Source: Amoebophrya sp. A120 (lineage: Eukaryota; Protista; Dinoflagellata). From it: a stretch of 64,000 nt of DNA. A program made the position numbers and the translations under genes. Shown piece after piece: positions 49,601-58,100 of this stretch (within the stretch, counting starts at the first letter, position 1; each line of letters starts with the position of its first letter). The notes below the pieces were generated by a model, which saw nothing but the letters and a program-made list of their open reading frames with translations, was not told the DNA's origin and did no database searches. The DNA is taken from the NCBI GenBank assembly GCA_905178155.1, contig CAJINV010000012.1, positions 1,492,492 to 1,556,491 of the forward strand, in the 5' to 3' direction.

Positions 49601-50695
49601 GCGGAGCTCCGCGGGCCGTTTCTATGGAAACGCATATAAAAGGGTGCGGGAAGAAGATCGGCAAAACGTGTCTGAAAGGGACACGCCGTTGGGTTGCCCG
49701 CCATCGTGATAGGATCACCGTGTCTGATCATTAGACCCCCAGTATACTTTTTAGCGCGCAACCGGCCACGCGCGTAGTTCTTCGAGCAAGTTTGTAAGAC
49801 TAACCCATCAAGGCAATACTGGAACTCCACCTTGCTCGCGGGCTTGGATGGTAAGGCAGGTCAGCCACACATAGCGCCCACTGGTTGTAGTCATGCGTAA
49901 GCAATCGATAGCGGTTTAGCAGGTGCAGCCGGGTGGTAGTTAGGAAGTGGACCGCGTCTCCACCTAGGGGTATCGGCAGAGGCTAAATCTGTTCTAACGC
50001 CCAGGTATTGGCAGAGGCTAAATCTGTTCTAACGCCGACCCGCCAGGAGTTAAATGGTACTACTACTACTACTCGCGTAGCACAAAATGAGCTCTTCTTC
50101 CTGGTCATGCAATACAAATGTTTTTAGGATCCGAAAATAGCATGACAAGTTGCATTCTTCCAGACCCAGACATTTTTCCATTTGATAAAATCACAACCGC
50201 AGCGTCCGCCGACCCCGCAGAGTCTGAGCTGGCGGCTGCTGTGGCTTATCAAGTGCAAAAATGTCTTGGTCTGGAAGAATGCATGTCTGTCATGCTTGTC
50301 TGGCATGACTCTTGAATCTGCCATGCACGTGACCCAAGAGCTCCATTTTTCTGTCATGCAGAAACGCAGTTTGTCATGCAGAATAGGCATCAACACCTAG
50401 AAGCTCAGAAACTTGTCATGCTGAGCCAGCACTTCTGGCCTCATCATGATACGCCACCCAGCATCACAAGTTTCCAGATTCAGACATATTTGCAGTTGAT
50501 ATGGCTGACGCTTTGTCGTCCATGTTAAACCACGGATCTGTCACCTGGAGTCCAGTATGCTGCGTCAACAACGGCATTTGCGAAACCAGCATGGGATTTA
50601 CAACAGGACTAAGGAGCTTATTTTCCATAGCACTTGAGTACTGTTTGAAGGATACAGCAGAACCGGGACACTGGGTGGGAAAAATGCAGGCGTAA
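43621..50695 (+). CDS. Small hypothetical protein, multi-exon, spanning the nested introner/retrotransposon
   Basis: MRGGAY...NFNRNF|ASGGAFY...VISFRN, candidate GT-AG intron 44196-44345, RRLFNNKI|TTAASADP...AVA|DALSSM; 3' end uncertain. Confidence 0.45.
43716..43997. mobile_element. Introner family B
   Basis: Family B TIRs; DR AACTT. Confidence 0.92.
44509..49074 (+). CDS. Divergent reverse-transcriptase polyprotein with degenerate RNase H-like region
   Basis: AAGMDGL, GLDASNYFNNI, LIQGA, QYVDD, LAPQKCE, LKILGI match non-LTR RT motifs; charged low-complexity C-terminus. Confidence 0.82.
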   Translation, partial: EENGEDKEVEGENKEEESDHVALLADIVWIPEPEKPTEEQKQKKEKEQKRWKLNARYTLMVPTVESSRQRIEIIKGKERLQKKNPGTQLVKWPRKSVTLERLQQVMEKAGTVPENRRSMLGMQKWLMEKLGEAGVLKLKEVPKQDANYENWQKKKKEERKTQEKEEKNEETARRQEQKSKQDEMEKAWLASFAEKPKKEEKNEKAAYETARKVKEAACGVGRGMPMGEAKEVTVGGTLVQGVEAATERIASSHLLKCEFVRKQNDKKHTYDGKELEKALRQLTQACKEVKSIRLTGPQLQAHVSKLNSEAAGMDGLRQGIYRALTPEQYQVLAEVFSRFLKEVEEYEMKRNEGRGPKLLEEHLNAVQVELLKKQTAATTAIEKIRTVIQGTAMVRVLLSVVVYEMARVADKSDAFTRCGSASKPGASCQATALQVLETCHEGEEKGEAETPDERKEGGNGKGRRRKETVVFGLDASNYFNNIGLPRAVAAYRAAKLHPWFIKLIIVTAWTKDLWIRNGDCYGHVLRHRELIQGAVETMLAGTLIFLPGVEIIAEFLEEIFNEDGRAEEERLKAAEAKMRTRIKRLYKGGDIDTTFPDYNVREEVDEIYLKEAPPVVTGYRKGEKVTTEQGKRKVNEKRKRVETRYYSGTLPGDGKRRWTLCVQYVDDGTVVIKFFIEDMQIVARALRAASWAYEEIYATEGQFLAPQKCEVATSIEDPLKVNVIRQAFQPFGILFEEKTFLKILGIKIVPKDKTEQAKALRGQVRQSIGIGQHLAHQVMAKRGRLNGEELTWVVQVFFVSAMIYFLPVMHLYFDLGDWAELMGEMALTIAETLGMTTEAVEELMARTETTAEAFYRVVLGMNLLGLADPYTMGLKTLRATAQANYLTDPALFAPLATTPVKVVGEAKAGIPKTEERKMLKRKEADIALLRALKDGATVRLSPGSDLRAVGIVKERSARGPPRVEDQYTHRGSAGLVVSRNRKGGLGKKGQSDRMQKIWVKHAGNERSTTVTVQEASERTEKHMRTIETKVEHLKTEIRTEERTFVAYCNNAMRAIEIVTERRKKEGGAVQIILLDYHELREKTRGILRKGHGIGLELQETIEKAESEDPGLTIVTRWGKGTASRAEATRNIDGGTKEEIPLRVANVLNHDNEYTDWVRFDFGTKRIPLKPVWEWPEMPKIERQVYIHRKMKDEETEGDKKKENAEDGDGDEMKQGLGEKDSAKSQKKKEAKKNTNTERVGKGSGAASSQSRNSRANVERKQEEKGEERREGETLSETILRLIEKEKKKAEETGDEMAQGAFRIIQKATKLLQEVEEANKEDDGRKSNEKERGREEGDQEERISEDGEEEEKKSFYGAQEYEGTRRGYVFKRGAMGQGYYIDQGPEEATRTLFRNLVAWGEEEQRDAINKERAEEGQDEKVADQEQQKRRKVEKQDKEANQNGGNEDEKKKRTTEASNFPTVEKLMADDPMTLMQKENEQREKEKRIQEEKRRRRQRQYETPMQRELAQMYRALEKENSDGK
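44509..50072 (+). mobile_element. 5'-truncated divergent non-LTR retrotransposon with (TAC)n tail
   Basis: Purine-rich ORF open from the junction; ~1 kb 3' UTR; (TAC)5 at 50058-50072; introner sequence resumes immediately afterwards. Confidence 0.85.
50247..50501. mobile_element. Introner family A
   Basis: Family A TIRs; DR TGGCT. Confidence 0.9.
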
Positions 50696-51816
50696 ACTAC
50701 AACACTTTCGGCACAACAGGACTTTTTCTTTACGGAATTAGGTCGCAGAAGTTCCGGTTTTTACAACATCAGCCGGACTTCTCTGTAGCGACAGCGACAA
50801 GACGTAAGGGAAACAAAGGGAGTAGTGCTGTTGCGGCAAGGCGGCAATAGCGGACCGCGCATAATTTTCCTTTTTGAAATCGAGCATACGAGAACAGTTT
50901 GAAAGAAGACGATGCATTGGACAGTTTGAAAGAAGACGACTCTTTTTTGCTCTTTGGATTATTTACTTTGACTCCTATGTATCAAATCGAAAAATGCAAG
51001 GAACAACACCGAAGTAGTAGAAAATGTTTTTACAGACACTTCGCGCTCCTGGACGAAGCTGCATTGCAGTTAGTCGCACCTGATCATAACAGAATGATCA
51101 CGTTTCGTGTCTTCCGACTGGTATTTGACTCCGATCATAATTGCAGGTGCTAGTGCTACTTACGTTGCTACAGCGATCTTCATGAGCCCAATCCCGATGT
51201 TTGCACAACCAGCCACAAGCTATTTCTACTTGGATCTTACAGATTCCAGATCCAACATGATCTTCACGCAAGTACATTTTTTTCGAATGCAGTGCGACAG
51301 CCTACTGGAACGTGATCGCAAGCAACAAAAAGGTCTCTGCCAAGGTCACTCACAGTAGAAACGATCTTGATACTTTCTCGTCTTCGGAACAGCATGATCC
51401 CAGCCGGAGCCGCATGATCGAGGAATCTGTGCTGGAAGATTCAGATTGATCGTATAGGAGTATAATTCTGAGTACGACCAGGACCACTACCTGGCAAACG
51501 AAATCAAGTGCAACTTTAAGTCTTCGAGGAACAGTGTTACTCACTCTTTGCGAGCTGATCATCGGATAACTTTTGGCGTGCAAGTTTTTTTTTCTGTCTT
51601 TAGCAAGAAACAGGTGCATGAAGTAAACAGAAGCTGGTTCGTCCTGGCTGAATTGGGTGAATACCTACTTACGCGGAAGGTATACAACTAGGGCCGCCCG
51701 TGTGATGAAACTAAGTGAGGCTGTCTAGTTTTTATTTTTGACAGAAACCGCTTCTGATTCGTTATGGCACGTCGATCTCAACAAAGCTGAATTTTGCGAC
51801 TCCATCAAAAAAAGAA

Positions 51817-54441
51817 ATGGCCTGCTCCAGTACAACCAAGCCTACGATCAGCCAGCCCACCTACAAGGTGCTGGATACCTTTGAAAACGGATCAGGCCAG
51901 CTACTCCTAGAAGAGGTGCTTCAGAGATTAGAAAAGACCCGCGGCCTTTTTCAGGAGGAGGCGGACGCTTTGGAGCAGTTCGACGAGGATGTTATTTTCG
52001 GATCGAACAGCTCCGCGGCCATCAGTAGCGCACTGGAGAAGCATATCAAGTGGAAAAATGTCTGGGTCTGGAAGAGTCATGCTGTTTTTGCATGACACAG
52101 AAGGGCTGGCATGGAAGCTCTAGCATCACAGGTTTCGAGAAGCTTCCGCCACACCGAATCCGCATGACAAGTGTTCCATTTCGGTGACAGAAATTGGGCA
52201 GCTTTTGCTACCTATGCATGAGAGACTTTTCTGTGTTCTGAAATGCGCATCACAAGTAGATTGCACTCTTCCAGACCCAGACATTTTTGCAATGCATAAA
52301 GCACGACGCGAAGATTAAGTTGCTCGAAAAAGAGAAGAAGAAGATGAAAAAGAGGAGTAAAAAGGAAAAAAATAAAATGAATCAAGAGAAAGACAAAAAC
52401 GCGAACAGTAAATCGAACCTGGATAAGTTTATCATTCCCACGTCCGCACAGGAACGGGACGAGTTCCGAAGATCGGCGCTGAGCATCCTGAACCGGCTGA
52501 ACCCGATATCCTGACTAAAAACGTCCCCACCCCATAGTCAAGACGGGAAATCTGCTAGACAAGTCTACAAGCTTAGGTTGTTGCGCGTGACAAGTTTGGC
52601 CTCGTAGTGTAATCCGCCTGCTGAGCTCGTTCAGCAGCATCACAGGCCTAACCTGCTATGCTAATTGGAGCATCACAAACTCCACAAACAAGCCTAGGAA
52701 TTGCTTCTCATGGGGCTTCGCATGAGAAACATTTCAAGCATGCAGATTTGCATGACAACTTTGGGGCGGGGACGTTTTTACGTAGGATGCCCGATGTTGG
52801 AGGGGTTGCGGGAGGACTTCGCAATCAGCCGCATGGTGGAAGTCAGCCACGCGAGTGGTAGAAAACCTTCGGTGGACGACGGGAGGGTTGTAGACGTAGA
52901 GGATGAGGACGAAGAGCAGATAGAGGGTGGTCCTGCCGAAGACGTAGAGGAACCCGTTTTTATTGGTCCGGATCTTGTCGAACACAACTTCGGGTATGCC
53001 TCCAACCACGAACGAAAGCTGATGCTGGCCGCGCTCTCTCTGGCCGGCGGCGATACCCTAAAACCGAAGCACATCAAGTGGCTCATGAACTACCGATATC
53101 AGCTGGTGCAACTAAATGTCTGGGTCAAGGGAAGGCTGTAAGAGCAAGACTTGTATTTCTCGTGCTTGGCTAACAGAAGTGGAGTAAAAGCTGTAAAAAT
53201 GCGTGCAGCTGACCTAGTACAGGAGCTCCTCTTTGTCTTTTTCGACATGCACGAATGCAGGTCGTTGTCCTGCAGTTTATGCACCAAAGCGTAGTCGCTC
53301 AAGAAAAACTTGTGCGTCATGTCTGGCCCGGCATGTACCAGAGGTTGCCGATCAACCTTCGCGGATTTATTGTAGCATCACAACTTCCCTCCAATTTGAT
53401 GCAGACATATTTGCAATTCATAATCACCACGCGAATTCGCGGCGGGAGGACGAGGCAGATGCGAAGTCGTCTAAAATCGTCTTCAAATTAGACAAGGATG
53501 TCGTCCACCCGGTTCTCGAGCAGGCTGGATTGTTACGAACTTGAAAAGTGCTCCGTATTTTCCCAAAAGGCGACGTAGTTGCTTGTGTAAATTTGTATCC
53601 ACGCGGAAATTATTTTCAGTGTTGCATGACGGGAATGCGATACGTCTTGCAATTGAATGAAGGCGAAGGGATGCATGTTTAGCATTTGACGGAGATTTGT
53701 TCGGTCGTGTTGTGCAAGTAGAACACAGAGTTTCACTAATGTGCTGGGTTGAAATAAATAATTTGTCTTTGTGATGCTGGTAAATACCTACATAGTGGCA
53801 CATGTTTTGCAATGCAAAAACCAATTTTTTTGTTCTGTGTACGGAGGTTTAGGGGCGCTTTTCTTCTTCATGCTTTTCGGCCGATGTGGACTACGATCAG
53901 CTGGTGAAGTGCATCAACGATCCGAAGGTATCACACAGAAAAAAGCTCCCACATCTTCTTCACATTGATCTGTAATGCAAAAATAAGTACAGACAAGGAG
54001 GCGCCTGCCTACCTGAAACAGCATGGTCGTATCATGGGCTTACCGTTAGTACCCATGATAGATTTTCATCCTATTTATTTTGCATTACAAATCGTGTGGC
54101 CAACATGTGGGCACTCGCTTTTTTCCGCGGGATAGAAGGCGGTGATTGAAGAAGACTTTGGGATGGATGTGGACACTATCAAAAGTAAAAGTGTCTGGGT
54201 CTGGAAACTTGTGATGCTGGGTGGCGTCTCATGATGAGGCTACAGATGCTGGCTCAGCATGACAAGTTTCTGAGCTCCTAGGTGTTGCCTATTCTGCATG
54301 ACACAAAAACGGAGCGCTTGGGTAACGTGCATGACAGATTTAAGAATCATGCCAGACAAGCATGACAAACATGAAGGCTTCCAGACCCAGACATTTTTAC
54401 ATTTGATAGACACCGTTCTAAGAGCTTTTAACGAAGGGTGA
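51817..54441 (+). CDS. Hypothetical protein, multi-exon
   Basis: ORFs 51817, 52287, 52701 and 53233 join in frame on removing introners; final exons ...KAVIEEDFGMDVDT|VLRAFNEG*; family not recognised. Confidence 0.6.
52044..52298. mobile_element. Introner family A
   Basis: Family A TIRs; DR AAGCA. Confidence 0.92.
52507..52789. mobile_element. Introner family B
   Basis: Family B TIRs (right end ...GGATG); DR CCCGA. Confidence 0.88.
53097..53422. mobile_element. Old, degenerate introner (family A-like)
   Basis: TATCAGCTGGTGCAACTAAATGTCTGGG...CAGACATATTTGCAATTCATA; DR decayed (ACCGA/ATCAC) but frame still restored. Confidence 0.7.
54177..54408. mobile_element. Introner family A
   Basis: Family A TIRs; DR GACAC. 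Confidence 0.92.
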
Positions 54442-55121
54442 AATGGCGGGTTAACACTGCTTCATCCTCGTCAAGGAGAAGAAGCCTAGTGGCACCATGC
54501 GAATAAATGCACTTTGCGTATGCACGATTTGTTCTCTAGAAGCGACTGTTTTAATACATAATCATTTTCCACACGACAACTGTACTACGATTCTTTGCGG
54601 TCGAGGAAACCGCTCGATGCAACTAGGAGTGTCGTCGTGACCCCTACTCGCATCATCTAGCAATCCTACATGACCTGTGTTCGTATCGTCATGTCGCGCA
54701 CAGTCCGTTGTGCCGAAAGTCGTTGTTTTCATGGTCGTTCTTGGAAACGTCTGCAATAGTGTAGTTTTTTCATGAATAAAGTTCGACGAGTGCGACAGGT
54801 TTTTTTTAATGTGGAAGGAACTGCGTTCGTGAGAAAAAGACACACAACATACTTAATCGAACGACTAGAGAGAAAACAACAAACCGACCCTGATGTATTT
54901 CCGGAGGTGAGAGCAAACCGCAAAGGGAACGAAAATAGGGCCTGTTTCAACAAAAGCGCAGTAGTTTGAATTTTTGGATTCAATTTTCGCCATTTCCAAA
55001 ACACATAGACAAGTAGAAGCACGTTTCAGAGTCTACTTTCGAGCTACTTTTTACAGAAGGTAAAAAGTCCTTTTGTCCCACTTACAATCTCATCACAATA
55101 TTCTCTGACACCACGACCACC

Positions 55122-58100
55122 ATGTCGACGCAGCTGACACAGCCCGTGGCTGCTGTTGCAGAAGTAGCCGGGTCAACAACTACACCGAGCGGCTTAGCTT
55201 CCACCCTGCAGGACGAGACGATTGTTGCGGTCAAGCCGTCGCTCTCTTCCGCATCCTCTGCTATTGTGGCACCGTCTGCATTGGAACCCGTTCTTCATCC
55301 GGCCGCCCCGGTTGTCGCCCTCGCGCAGAAGGAACAGCAGGAACAAGCTCCGGTTCCGATGGAGATCGTGCAAGAAGTCGTGCAACCGGCTGCGGTTCCG
55401 GCTCCAGGTGTATCAAATGCAAAAATGTCTGGGTCTGGAAGAATGCTACGTTTGTCATGCAGGTTTTCCATGACCCACGCGTTCTGGCATGCACGGCCTA
55501 GCATGACAGGTTCTGTGAGATCTCTATCATGCCTTTCCTGCATGAGAAACTGCCTCTAAACCGGTTCCAGAGTCGTGGACTTCTTATGGTCGTCATGCAA
55601 CACAAATTTTTCCACGATCCAGATGCAGCATGACAAGTTACGCTCTTCCAGACCCAGACATTTTTGCAGTTGATAAGGTGGTCCAGCTGCGGTCGTTGCC
55701 CAGGCAGTGGAAGTACCGGCGTCGGCCGCGCAGGTGGTACCGGTTGTTGCTCCCGAAAACGTTAACGCATTGCCCTTCCAGGTTCGTGAGCGTTATTCTA
55801 TTTTAGTGTTGGGATGAAGAACAAGGAGCGTCCTCCTCGCATATTGGTGTCTGTTCTTGTATGCGCATCACAAAAAATTGACCTGAACTTATTTCCAGGT
55901 CCCGTTGCCGGCTGCGTTGTTACAGCAGGCCCCAGATGAACCGAAGGTCGATCTCGCTAACGTGAATCCGGGAATGCACGTCTACATGCGTCCGGAATTG
56001 TACCAGGACCAAGTGAAGCGCAAGCTGTCCGTATTGTGAGGAAAAATCCCCCCTCCCCATACCGAAACGAAGTTTCTGATGCTGGATTTGCGTACACAAA
56101 TCAGATCTGTCTTGCAGAAAGTGCTTGGTGGCATTTTCTGACCCTGTTTGGGTATGCAGAAGGCTAGCAATTGCGCATGGCAAACAGGTTTCCAGTAGTC
56201 GAAAGTGCGTGACAGACTTGCTCTGGAATGCGTCGAATGGCTCCTATGGTCCTATATGCAAGGCAAAGATGATTTGTGGCCACAAATCAGCATCACAAAT
56301 TTCCGTTTTGATATGGGGAGGGGGGATTTTTCATTTTGATAGTCCGCTGAGGAACGGAAGGTCCGGAACGAGTTCTTGCGGAAAAAGATATCAGAATGAA
56401 AAATCCCCCTTCCCCATATCAAAACGGAGTTTGGGCAGGGTAACAAGGAACTTAAACGTGACCGGGGGGGTCACGTCCGTCCGTCCGGCCGGACGGACGG
56501 CACGTGACCGGGGGTAGTCCGGGCTCGGGGCGAGTTCGGCGCTGAATGCCGCAGCAACTGGGGCCCTCGGTAGCTAGAAGCCCCCGGCCGCGTCACCGAC
56601 GGCGGACCAGGGGCAAGAGTCGCGCCTTTTTCCGTGAAAGACCGAACTCATGACCTTTTTTTTTTAGTTGGGCGCCCGAGCTAGCTGTATTCGGATGTAG
56701 CTGACTGCCCCCGGCCGCGTCCGCGTGACCGGGGGCGGAGCGGGACGAAGAGAGGCAGTCCTTCAGTGAAGTGCCGAGCTCATGACCTTTTTTTTTTTTT
56801 TAGTTGCCCGGGTGCCCGGGCACGCGGTCCACAGTGGCCACCACCTCCGAGAGCCACGACCGACCCCCGGTCACGTGCCGTCCGTCCGGCCGGCCGGACG
56901 GACGTGACCCCCCCGGTCACGTCTAAGTTCCTTGTTACCCTGCTCTGTGATGCTGGATTTGCGTACACAAATCAGATTTGTCTTGCGGGCGAGGACTGCA
57001 GGCCCATATCATGAAGCCTGAGTAGACAGGTTTTGGCCTACGCGCTTAGCATGACAGACGTCTATGCTGTAGGTACAGCAGCATGTTGACAAAGCGCCTG
57101 TAGAATGGATGCGGCGGAGCCTGTGGAGTTGCCTCCATGCATGACGGAGGCGATTTGCGGCCACAGATCTGCATTGTAAATCTTGATCTTCGAAAACGTG
57201 CCTTGGCAATATGGGGACGAGGGGGGATTTTTCCTTTTGATAAAAGAACTTGGAAATCAAGAAGGCCCTGTGGAAGAAGAAGATCAAGCAGACCATATTA
57301 CAATGAAAAATGCCCCCTCCCCTTATCAAAACGGAAATCTGTGATGCAGATTTGTGGTCACAAATCAGCTTTGTTATGCTAGAAGGCAAATAAAGATGCG
57401 GACTGTAGTGCTGTCTAGCGTGGCAAAGCCTTCTTGCAGCTCCAGGATGACAGGAGGCAACTAGAAGTGGGAAACAGCATGACAGATTACCTGCAATTTA
57501 GGCCGCAGCTTCGTCTCTTGGCCTTCTAGCAATGCAAGTCGATAATTTGTGTACTCAAATACAGCGTCAGAAATTCGCGCATCTTCCGTTTCCGATATGG
57601 GATGGGGGCTTTTTTCATTTTGATAGACCACGGGCGGCGTGTGGCAGGACCAGTTGTCGACGAACAAGGTAGGAATTCTTTTTGCGACTACGCATTACAA
57701 ATAAGGTTTCTGCTGGCGATCCTCGCATGACAAAGTTTCGGGTCTCAGATATGCGATCAGTCCTTCCATTCCAAAACAAGGAATACTTTGCGATGCGTTA
57801 TGATGCATGACGCAAGGAATTTTTTTGCCATGCATGAAATTGCATGAAAAATTACCGCAGCGCGGCAAGGTGGTCTTCACGAAGAAGTCGAACCAGATGA
57901 AATCCGATCCCCGCGGATATCCTCTGCAAAAGTATCGTACTCGTATTGCAATCATGCATTACAAATTTTTTTCTTAATGTAAATCCGCATTACAGATTTT
58001 ATTTCTCATGCTGAGAAAATTTGGAATGCATTTATACGAGTGCGATACTTGTTTTGCAGTTCATAGCGGACAGCGCATCGCGATGTGGGGTACTATAAAG

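Larger units (their letters stand above)
44370..50187. mobile_element. Introner family A split by a 5.6-kb retrotransposon
   Basis: Left half 44370-44508, right half ~50073-50187; matching TIRs; DR AAATC at 44365-44369 and 50188-50192. Confidence 0.92.
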
